Positions 53,482-64,000 of a DNA stretch of 64,000 bases are shown piece after piece; position 1 is the first letter of the stretch, and every line of letters begins with the position of its first letter. Origin of the DNA: Heptranchias perlo (lineage: Eukaryota). A model generated the notes under the pieces. The model worked only from the letters and a program-made list of their open reading frames with translations. It was not told the DNA's origin and made no database searches. The position numbers and the translations under genes were made by a program. The stretch spans positions 91,760,001 to 91,824,000 of the forward strand of contig NC_090327.1 in the NCBI RefSeq assembly GCF_035084215.1, written 5' to 3'.

Positions 53482-54972
53482 TCCAACAGCAGGGGGAGCC
53501 CCAATCCCTTAAAGGCAGGCTGTCTCTTAAAATCTCTGTTATTTGCTGAAAATAACAGTCTGCTGTCTGCACAGAGTCTGAATAGAGATCAGACATCACA
53601 CACGTTAAACACATATGCGGGTCCCGACCCTATGTTTACAAACTGATGAGTTATGTTAAAACATTGAATAAAGATTGCACACTGCTAAATCTCACATCCT
53701 CCAATCTGCATGCAAGACCTTACCAATCTGCCAATCTGAGTTTGTACCAGGCCTGCAAGACTGCGTGCACCAAGGTTCTCTGCTGATGCACTAGAGGCCT
53801 TGGTGCAAAAGGTGGACAGAAGGAGGGACATCCTATATCCGCAGGGGAGGGGGGCAGGTTGCAAGAGGCCCTCCGGGCAAATGCCCAAAAGGCAGTGGGA
53901 AGCAGCAGCGGATGAAGTCAATGCCAGGCGCACAGCAACATGAACATGGATGCAGTGCAGGAAGAAGTTCAATGCTTTGACACGCGTGGTCAAGGTGAGT
54001 GAGGTCAACTGTCAAGTGGCATCTCCTCCCAACTGCACCACTAGCCGCAGCCACTGCTCCAGCACTACACCCCCATCACCCACATACCAACAAACTCAGT
54101 ACTCAATTCAGCCAATCAGATGCTTCCTCTCACCCTTACACATTACCACTGTTGCAAGCCGCCCACCCACAACTTACACACACTGGCAGCTATTCAACCA
54201 CGGCAGGCACATCACCCAGACACACGTCCCACTCACTTGCAGGAGAAGGTGGTGCATAAGAGGAGGCAGCATGTGGCAGTGGCATTTAGCCCCTTGAGCC
54301 TGTTCCACCATTCAATGAGATCATGATGGACCTGTGACCTAACTCCAAATACCAGCCTTGGCCCAAAATCTCTTAGTACCCTTGGTTCACAGAAATCTAT
54401 CAATCTCAGATTTAGAATTCGCAATTGAGCGAGCATCAACTGCCGCTTGCAGAAGAGTGTTCCCAACTTCTCCCACCCTTAGCGTGTAGCGACATTTCTT
54501 AACTTCACTCCTGTACATCCTGGCTCTAAATGTTAGGCTATGTCCCCGCATCCTAGTATTCAAGTATAGGAGACCTCCAAAAACAGTTACAAATGTATCG
54601 GCAGCCAGAAGCAATAATCCAAGCAACTAACCAGTAAATCCTGTATGGTCCCTTTAAATAGCGCTGGTGGGGGTTCTCCAGACACTCAAACATGTTCGGA
54701 TGGTCGTGGTTAAGACTGTGCGTTGAGTTGAGCGTTAAGTCCCAAAATGGTGTCTATCACTTTAAATCAGCGTTGCACACTGATTGTTTCCATTTTCTCC
54801 TTACTTTACATGCTTCCGACGTTAAGTAAGCATGCGCTAATACCTATATCAAGATGGCGTCTGGCGCATGTCAGGCTGGAAATGTGCGTGCACAGCCAAG
54901 ACGCCATCTTGGCACTTCAGGAGGCCATGTAGTGCCTAGACAATGGGTGTTAAGCGCCCAAATTTCGAGCCC
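53216..54972 (+). mobile_element. Internally deleted Harbinger with fold-back left end; CR1 tail inserted at about 54275-54560
   Basis: Myb exon RAPRFSADALEALV..WMQCRKKFNALTR with donor gtgagt at 53995; right TIR aaatttcgagccc. Confidence 0.7.
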
Positions 54973-55038
54973 ATGATGACTTGTATTCGTAAAAATCTCT
55001 AGCCCTTTAAATGAAGAAGGCTTCTTCTATTTCTTTTA

Positions 55039-55164
55039 TGATGTGGAGATGCCGGTGATGGACTGGGGTTGACAATTGTAAACAATTTTACAACACCAAG
55101 TTATAGTCCAGCAATTTTATTTTAAATTCACAAGCTTTCGGAGGCTTCCTCCTTCCTCAGGTAA
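55039..55164 (-). mobile_element. Penelope-like short element, monomer, hammerhead motif at 55128-55164
   Basis: 10-bp TSD atttctttta (55029-55038, 55165-55174); minus core CUGAGGA..GAAAGCUU. Confidence 0.8.
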
Positions 55165-55437
55165 ATTTCTTTTAAGCAACAACCATATGGTTTGAAGTTT
55201 TTAAAACTCGCCTCCTAGCCTTTTGAACCAACTAAGCAGTCAGGACAAGAGCCTTTTTCTTTTTGTGCCAGTAAATTCAAGAACAAAGTCTTAGGACAGC
55301 TAATCTTTTTTTCATTTTGGGCTAAGTAGGCCTTTGTTTGTACAGCTCTTTCATTTTCTACTGCAGCCTGGAGGACGTTTTCACTGCAATGACAATGTTT
55401 ATTCATGCCACTCAACATTTCCATTTCACGAGTCTTA

Positions 55438-55963
55438 GGCCTTGATATTGACCCCCCTTGCCCAGCGAGAATGGTGCATGGGCGGGGTTAAGATCAGGCT
55501 GAGTCCACTTATCAGCCTGAGGTCATTGTACCCACCCGGTGCCGTTTCATCTTCACCGACCTTCAAGTCAGCTGAAGCTCCCGCTACAGGCAGGTGGGGG
55601 CCGAATTTAAATTTAAAAATCGCAGCCCGATGACGTAATCGGCTCCACAATGTGATTTTAGTGACGAGTCGGGGGGAGACATGCCCAGTGCAAAACCCGA
55701 CAGCCGAACCACGGCGGGAGGCGCCAAATGGTCAGAAGAGGCCAAGGTACGTTTTGAAAAATTATTTTTGTTCGAAATCCTTGTGGGCCAGTAGGAGCTC
55801 CCGCCAGGCCCGGCAAGGAGTCCTTGGGTCTCCCCAGCCCCGGCCTTGCCTCTCCCTCTGCTCGCTGGTATCGGCTGCCAAAGCATTGAAACCCCCGCAG
55901 GGGTTTTGCTCCCGCCTGCACGCCCACCCGTCCCTAATGCACCCCCCAGCACAAATCGAGGCC
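55438..55963. mobile_element. Harbinger/Tourist-type MITE
   Basis: TIRs ggccttgatatt / caaatcgaggcc; canonical TTA TSD; CpG-rich. Confidence 0.85.
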
Positions 55964-56237
55964 TTACTTTCACCCTTCATCAGCTAGAAATGTCTCTGTG
56001 CTCACCATATATCTGCTCCGCTCTGCCAGCCTTTCACACACAATCTGTAGTTCAGTCTAGAGAATTTTACTATGTATGGAGTGCAGGGAATTGCATCAGC
56101 GACCACCAAGTCCATTTTTATTGAATATGGGAAATAAATCAATGAATATATGGAAATATTGATTTATAATGCAAGACTTTGAGTAATTTGTCAAACTTCA
56201 ATATCACAAAAGCACTAATATTTTCATGTAACTTATT

Positions 56238-56756
56238 ATCGTAGAATGGTTACAGCACAGGAAGCCGCCATTCGGCCCATCAAGCCCATGCCGTCTCTTT
56301 GTAAGAGCAATCCAGTTAGTCCCACTCCCCTGCTCTTTCCCCGTAGCCCTGCAAGTTTTTTCCCTTCAAATATTTATCCAATTCCTTTTTGAAAGCCACG
56401 TTTGAATCTGCTTCCACCACCCTTTCAGGCAGTGCATTCCAGATCATAATTTCTCGTTGCGTAAAAAAGTTTTTTTCATGTCGCCTTTGGTTCTTTTGCC
56501 AATCACCTTAAATCTGTGTCCTTTGCTTCTCGATCCTTCCGCCAATGGGAACAGTTTTTCTTTATTTACTTGATCTAAACCCTTTAACGGCCTGAACACT
56601 TCCATCAAATCTCCTCTCAACTTTCTCTGTTCCAAGGAGAACAACCCTAGCTTCTCCAGTTTATCCACGTAACTGAAGTCCCCCACCCCTGGAATCATTC
56701 TAGTATATATTTTCTACACCCTCTCTAAGGCCTTCACATACTTCCTAAAATGCGAT
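56238..56756 (-). mobile_element. CR1 3' fragment
   Basis: LEKLGLFSLEQRKLRGDL. Confidence 0.9.
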
Positions 56757-57074
56757 GCATTATCTCGAACGCCCCATATTTTATTGAATTATTTTGGATT
56801 TGGATTTCAAGTATTTGCAACTTAATGACCTATTATTTACTGAATTTTTTAATATAACATAATTTGATAACATGTCAATAATATGCATCAATGACAAGTA
56901 CTTCTACGCTTTCCTGATTTTATATGAATACCCTCCTCACCTCTACAGTTTTCTCAAACTGCCAAAGTGCTGGCAATTCTTTTTATTAGCAGAGGTAAGT
57001 ATCAAAAGCAACTTATATTATAAAACATCACTATTTGGCTGAGAAGGGAATTACAAACAACTTAAGATCCAGTG

Positions 57075-57452
57075 CACATTTAAATATCACCTTTCATGTC
57101 ATTCATGTGCTTTCCAACCAATGGATTACTTTTGAAATGCAGTCAATGATATATAAGAAAACATGGCAGACAGTTTATGCACAGCAAATCCCATAATACT
57201 TTGTTTTTGATTGTACTGGTTGAGGGAGGAATGTTGGCCAGGATACCTGGACAACTTCCTGTTCTTCAGATTTTTTTTCCTGAGTAGGCAGACAGGGCCT
57301 CAGTTTAACATCTTATTTGAAAGACAACACGACTGACAATGCAGCACTCCCTCAGTACTGCACAAAATTCTCAGTCTAGATTATACGCTCAAGTCCAATA
57401 TGAGACTCGAACCTTCAGACTTAGAGGAACGTGTACTACCAACTGAGTCAAA
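57075..57452 (-). mobile_element. DeuSINE-like SINE, near full length, decayed
   Basis: gggcctcagtttaacatc..gaaagac..gcagcactccctcagtactgcac; tRNA-like head at the right end. Confidence 0.7.
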
Positions 57453-58044
57453 TGGAGACTAATTAGAGTGCTGGCTAGTGGTTTAGGGTTTGTATGTGCA
57501 TTTTTAAATACATCAGTGACGCCCGTCAGATGGTAAAGACCTTTGTAATTCCTCCAAGCTATCCATTATTGGAACAATATCACTCAGTAAAATCTAGCTT
57601 GACAAAAACTGCAAGTATTACAACTATGCACACAAAAATGATGGCAAAGTTCTTACAGTAAAGAATTTAGAAATTCCCAGATCCTCAATTATTGATTACA
57701 AGTTGTCATACAAAATTAGGCAGCAAAGCTGCATGAATCCCAAGCTGGAAGATTTCAGTAGTACAATTGGAGGGTGATGTGGAGATGGTTTTTAAATGAA
57801 CTACTGAAATGGCTCGCAAAAGACAGCAGGATATTAAAGATACTTATTGCAAAAAAGGAGGAAGAAAAAGAACTGACTAATTAGCTAATGGCCAAGGATA
57901 CTACTTTAAAAATATTGTTAATGTTTAGACTAAGATTATGAGCGCAGAGGCAGAGATAAAGTCATTCTAATTTGAACTTTTGTGCCCAAATTAGAGGGAG
58001 AAGGAATGGAAGTAAAAAAAAATTGTTAAAAAGGATTTGGACGC

Positions 58045-58525
58045 ACAAAAAAGGATAGCGAGGCACTGAAGAAGGTGCAAAAAAGATTTACAAGAATGAT
58101 ACCAGAACTGAGAGGTTACAACTATCAGGAAGGCTGAACAGGCTGGGGCTCTCTTTAGAAAAGAAGTCGAGGGGTGACCTAATATAGGTCTTTAAAATTA
58201 TGAAGGGGTTTGAGAGGGTAGATGTTTCTGGAGGAGTCCAAAACTAAGGATCATAAATATAAGATAGTCACTAATGAATCCAATGAGAAAGTCAGGAGAA
58301 ATGTTTTTATCCAGAAAGATGTTAGAATGTGGAACTTGCAACCACATGGAGTAGTTGAGGCAAATAACAGATGCATTTAAGGGGAAGCTGGATAAGTACA
58401 TGAGGAATAGAAGGATATGCTGATAGGGTTCGATGAAGTAGGATGGAGGAGGCTTGTGTGGAGCATAAACCCTGGCACAGACCAGTTGGACGAATGGCCT
58501 GCTTCTATGCTGTAAGTTCTATGTA
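58045..58525 (+). mobile_element. CR1 3' fragment
   Basis: LKKVQKRFTRMIPEL; 3'UTR. Confidence 0.85.
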
Positions 58526-58756
58526 AGGGTCTGGGAATTTTGTAAAAATCACAAGATTCTGTATGACCACTCTCCAGCTCTTTACTAGCCATCTGCTGGG
58601 GATGAAGAATGCAACTTGTGGTCACAATAGTTACTGAATCACTGGTTCATGAATTTAGGATGAAATTTTAGCAATTTGAATCAAAATTTGAAAAAAAGTC
58701 TTTAAATCAGAATTTGACGGTACAGAATTACAACACACAATCATCGCTTCTACTAA

Positions 58757-58834
58757 GAACATAAGAAATAGGAGCAGGAGTAGGCCATACGGCCCCTCGA
58801 GCCTGCTCCGCCATTCAATCAGATCATGGCTGAT
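58757..58834 (-). mobile_element. CR1 extreme 3' tail
   Basis: aacataagaaataggagcaggagtaggcc. Confidence 0.8.
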
Positions 58835-59074
58835 TGATAAGTAATTGCTTTATACATTCTTTATCTTCATTTTGAATTGTGGAGAAAAAATAACTTTTCC
58901 GAGCTTCGCTACTTAGTGTTACAGTACGTTTGTTTTTACAACTGAGGCGGTCCCATGGGTTTAACTGTTCATTCCTACTTGAAGGGATTTTAATAATCCT
59001 CATTAGGTCATGTGAGCCGCTTTTTAATTTTCACTCCAAATATTGCTACCCAGTCAATATTCTCTACATCTTGT

Positions 59075-59790
59075 TTTTTTTTAATTAGTTCATGGGATGT
59101 GGGCGTCGCTGGCGAGGCCAGCATTTATTGCCCATTCCTAATTGCCCTTGATAAGGTGGTGGTGAGCCGCCTTCTTAAACCGCTTCAGTCCGCGTGGTGA
59201 AAGTTCTCCCACAGTGCTGTTAGGTAGGGAGTTCCAGGACTTTGACCCAGTGACAATAAAGGAACGGCGATATATTTCCATGTCAGGATGGTGTGTGACT
59301 TGTAAGGGGAACGTGCAGGTGGTGTTGTTCCCATGTGTCTGCTGCCCTTGTCCTTCTAGGTGGTCGAGGTCGCGAGATTGGGAGGTGCTGTTGAAGAAGC
59401 CTTAGCGAGTTACTGCAGTGCATCCTGTGGATAGTACACACTGCAGCCACGGTGCGCCAGTGATGAAGAGAGTGAATGTTTAGGGTGCTGGATGGGGTGC
59501 CAATCAAGTGGGCTGCTTTTTCGTGGATGGTGTCAAGCTTCTTGAGTGTTGTTGGAGCTGTACTCATCCAGGCAAGTGGAGAGTATTCCATCACAATCCT
59601 GACTTGTGCCTTGTAGATGGTGGAAAGGCTTTGGGGGGGTTCAGGAGGTGAGTCACTTGCTGCAAAATACCTAGCCTCTGACCTGCTCTTGTAGCCACAG
59701 TATTTTTGTGGCTGGTCCAGTTAAGTTTCTGGTCAAAGGTGACCCCCAGGATGTTGATGGTGGGGGATTCGGTGATGGTAATGCCGTTAA
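59075..59790 (-). mobile_element. CR1-group LINE, same family as 33238-34115
   Basis: MEYSPLAWMS..TLKKLDTI. Confidence 0.88.
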
Positions 59791-60099
59791 TATGTGCTAT
59801 ATCTCAAAATTCTTCTAATATTGGTTAGCTTGTGGAGCTAATGTAATGTACAGTATTATACTGTAATTATCGGTATGGTATGATATCTTGGTGTTTTTAA
59901 ACTACATTTAATATGCCTGCAATGCGCATTATTTATATTTTCCAATATATTATTTCCAGTGTCAGTCTTATTCGTCTATTAGATATTAGCCAACATTTAT
60001 TTTTAATAAAATAGTTTCTAAGGTTTAATAAAGAAAACATGCCAAACATCTTAATTATGATACATTCCTTGCTACAAAATTCTTTTAATATATCTCTTA

Positions 60100-61377
60100 T
60101 GAGGCAAATCGTGTTTAACTAACTTGATAGAGTTTTTTGATGCGGTAACAGAGAGGGTGGATGAGGGCAATGCAGTTGATGAGGTGTACATGGACTTTCA
60201 AAAGGCATTTGATAAAGTGCCGCATAATAGGCTTGTCATTTAGATTGAAGCCCATGGAATAAAGGGGACAGTAGCACCATGGATACAAAATTGGCTAAGT
60301 AACAGGAAGCAGAGAGTAGTGGTGAACGGTTATTTTTCGGACTGGAGGGAGGTGTACAGTAGTGTTCCCCAGGGGTCGGTACTGGGACCTTTGCTTTTCT
60401 TGATATATATTAATGACTTGGACTTGGGTGTACAGGGCACAATTTCCTAATTTGCAGATGACACAAAACTTGGAAGGGTAGTGAACAGTGAGGAGGATAG
60501 TGATAGACTTCAAGAAGATATAGGCAGGCAGATGAAATGGGCAGACGTGTGGCAGATGAAATTTAACGCAGAAAAATGTGAAGTGATCCATTTCGGTAGG
60601 AAGAACGAGGCGAGGCAATATAAACTAGAGGACACAATTGTAAAAGGGGTACAGGAACTGAGAAATCTGGGGGTATATGTGCACAGATCATTGAAAGTGG
60701 CAGGGCAAGTTGAGAAAGCGGTTGAAAAAGCATATGGGATCCAGGGCTTTATAAATAGAGGCATAGAGTACAAAAGCAAGGAAGTCATGATGAATCTTTC
60801 TAAAACATTGGTTCGACCACAACTGGAGTATTGTGCCCACTTCTGGGCACCACACTTTAGGAAAGATGTGAAGGCCTTAGACAGGGTGCAGAAAAGATTT
60901 GCTAGAATGATTCCAAGGAAGAGGGACTTTAGTTACATGGATAGATTGGAGAAGCTGGGATTGTTCTCCTTGGAACAGAGAAGGTTGAGAGGAGATTTGA
61001 TAGAGGTATTCAAAATCATGAAGGGTCTAGACAGAGTAGATAGAGAGAAACTGTTCCCATTGGTGGAAGGGTCAAGAACCAGAGGACAGAGATTTAAGGT
61101 GACTGGCAAAAGAACCAAAGGTGACATGAGGAAAAACTTTTTTACTCAGCGAGTGGTTATTATCTGGAATGCACTGCCAGGGAAGGGTAGTGGAGGCAGA
61201 TTCAATCATGGCTTTCAAAAGGGAACTGGATAAGTATTTGAAAGGAAAACATTCGCAAGGCTATGGGGATAGGACAGTGGAGTGGGACTAGCTGGACTGC
61301 TCTTGCATACAGCCGGCATGGACTTGATAGGCCGAATGGCCTCCTTCCATGCTGTAACCTTTCTATGATTCTATGAT
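60100..61377 (+). mobile_element. CR1 LINE 3' fragment
   Basis: [25 protein letters not shown] 60481-61233, ttctatgattctatga tail. Confidence 0.93.
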
Positions 61378-62753
61378 AAGACAATATTATGGAGGGGGAC
61401 AAATATAGTTGGGTATTACCTTTTGTGATGGTAATACAAGGGGTGTAATAGTTGACACAAGTTAAATACAGCTTCTTCCGTAAAAAGAAAAATTAGTTTT
61501 GTTTTGCTGGGACTGAATCAACCCCAGAAATTAGATACAATGGTACCTTGTTTGGTTTTTATTATTTACAAATCCACAGAATTTTATCTTACCTTGAAAT
61601 CGCAGATTTTATGACCTGAAATTAGATTCATTTGGTGCAGAAATTTCCGTTTACAAAATCATTTACAATGGTGAGGTAGAGGCTTTTCCTTTCACCATTA
61701 AGAAGAGTTCATTTGTTTCATAGCTGACAATTTTGGAACTGAATGCATTCTCCACATATCCAAAAGAAACTAGAGAAACTTGCAATAAAAAAAGTGGGCA
61801 GATCCTGACCAAAAGTCTTCACATTTTGATCAAAAAAGGAAATTAAGTGGCAGGTCAGAACAACTTCGATCTACTTTCGATCAGCTATGGCATTTCTGTT
61901 ATTCACAAAGTACACACAAACCACACGTCCAGTGGAAATCCAGAGAACGGCACCAATTATATCATGTACACAATGGGCTGACACTTTTAAATTCTGCTTG
62001 GTTACCTTTCTTGTAAAGGCTACAGAATTGGACTGGTATTTAGAAAGGTTACACAATTTATTCGTATCAGGTGGCCAAAGTATTAAACGGTCTACCAAAT
62101 TCAACTCAACCATCCCACCTTGTAAAATCTCCACGATTCTCATGAGAGATAAGTGTCAATATTACAAAATTTCTATCCAGCAAAATTCTTACCACTATGT
62201 TGGCAACCACAAATATATTTTCTCTCTGTTCTTTCTTATTCCACTGATCCTCCACCCCTCCAGCATTGTGACATTTAAATGTCTCTCTCCTCTCCTCCCC
62301 CCCTCCCCAATTTCAGCCCTGGCTATCACTGCTGATTTTAAATCTCCTTTCCCTGCTGGGCTGGCACCAATTTTACACCATCTAACAGAAATTGCTGATG
62401 GGAAGGCACTGACACGGTGCTGCTAATGCATCTGCCATCTTTAGAGAAATTGCTTCACCTTGAGAGAAACCAGTCCAGGGGGAAACCTATCAAATACATG
62501 ACCCATGTATTAGATAACCTCCTATTGTTACCCTCAAACAGGGACATACATTTCTATGAGTATGTACAACTATACAACACAACCCACACCACTGATTTGA
62601 AGAAAGCAGATTTTAAATACCCTACCACTAGGTGTGTGACTGGTAGCTTGCATTTGCTTCTATGAGTGTCGCACAGTCAACAATTTACATTTGCTAACAT
62701 CACAACAATCAATGAACAAAATCACCAGATCCTTTCTTCATTCCAGTACTATT

Positions 62754-63282
62754 CATAGAATCATAGAAATGTACGCGGCACAGGAGGTCGTCATTCGGCC
62801 CATCATATCGGTGCCGGCCGAAAAAGATCTATCATGCATAATCCCACTTTCCAGCACTTGGTCCATAGCCTTGTAGGTTATGGCACTTCAAGTGCATATC
62901 CAAGTACTTTTTAAATGAGTTGAGGGTTTCTGCCTCTACCACCCTTTCAGGCAGTGAGCTCCAGACCCCCACCACCCTCTGGGTGAAAAAAAATTCTCCT
63001 CAGCTCCACTCTAATCCTTCCACCAATTATTTTAAATCTATGCCCCCTGGTTATTGACCTCTCTGCTAAGGGAAATAAGTTGTTCCTATCCACTCTATCC
63101 AGGCCCCTCATAATTTTATACACCTCAATTTAATCTTCCTCGGCCTCCTTTGTTCCAGAGAAAACAACCCCAGCCTATCCAATCTTTCCTCATAGCTAAA
63201 ATTCTCCAGTCCCCTGGCAACATCCTCATAAATTTCCTCTGTACCCTCTCTATTGCAATCACATCTTTCTTGAAATGTGGTG
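62754..63282 (-). mobile_element. CR1 3' fragment
   Basis: catagaatcatagaa tail; LENFSYEERLDRLGLFSLEQRR. Confidence 0.9.
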
Positions 63283-63399
63283 ACTTTAGTCACAGACAGC
63301 AACTGCTCCCTCATTACTATTAATGGTAAGGAACCTTTTTACAGATTATGCACAATAATAGCATACCTGTTCAGAGGGACCTTTTGTGTCTCAACCCCT

Positions 63400-64000
63400 T
63401 CCTTTTTTAAAAAAAGAGGCAAGTTAGACAAATCCACAATGGTCTTGATTTCGTACAAATGTCTATTATGAAGGACAGCTAAAATGGTCCAATTCAATGC
63501 AGCAGCTCCAAGTGGAAATAGTAGTGTGTCTTGTCCCTTCACAAACTCTCTCCATCATGATTTGCAGCTCAGACATGAAGCTATGTAGCACTGCCCAGAT
63601 GTGGGTTGTGGACTTTGCCACTGGCACTCCCAAAATGTGCAGACCACTTGATGCACACTCCAGTGATGACATGAACTGCTGAACAACCAAATTGAGTTTG
63701 TAGGCAGGCCCCGTGATGGTTGAATCCATGGGCTCAGTAGCTGAAGGAGAACTCGAGCTGGTCCTCTGGTCTGAAGGTTGCAACTCTTCCAATTCCAGCT
63801 GCATTGCTCCTCCTCGCTTGTGCTCTATGTTGCACTAAGTCCTCCTGCTACTCGCTCACTGACCCTGTCAAACCCAGAGTGGATGTATCTGCAATGGTGC
63901 TTGCTGCTGTAAAACTGGGTGATGCAAGTGGTCTAAGATGCTTGCTTGAGACAACATATAGTGCTCTGCACTTCCTCCTTGGGTAAGAGAATTGTACTAT
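63400..64000 (-). pseudogene. Probable remnant of the last exon of a Harbinger Myb gene
   Basis: DSTITGPAYKLNLVVQQFMSSLE loosely resembles DSEAEPRGPSFKRRMIEGQQHICEVLE near 17045. Confidence 0.4.

Noticed and set aside
61887-62426. 179-aa ORF
   Set aside because: No recognisable motif; runs into low-complexity and decayed transposon sequence

Overview
Eukaryotic (vertebrate) non-coding DNA dominated by transposable elements. The repeat repertoire (CR1 LINEs with (ATTCTRTG)n tails, L2, DeuSINE-like and tRNA-derived SINEs, Penelope-derived pieces, abundant Harbingers) suggests a cartilaginous fish; this is inference. I found no prokaryotic genes, CRISPR arrays, rRNA or tRNA genes, and nearly all long ORFs are retroelement or transposon remnants. 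Best-resolved elements: a full-length two-gene Harbinger (15727-19801); a decayed Ty1/Copia element with GalEa-like hallmarks and a tRNA-iMet PBS (26492-32170); a solo LTR with 4-bp TSD inside a CR1 (13994-14616); a young Tx1-like 3' insertion with 11-bp TSD; and several Harbinger MITEs. Most striking is a family of short Penelope-like insertions carrying minimal hammerhead-ribozyme motifs. Three have TSDs and end just upstream of the ribozyme; two fold back into 80-95 bp palindromes. A chain of minus-strand micro-exon candidates may be the 3' end of an unidentified host gene (low confidence). Boundaries of decayed repeats are approximate.
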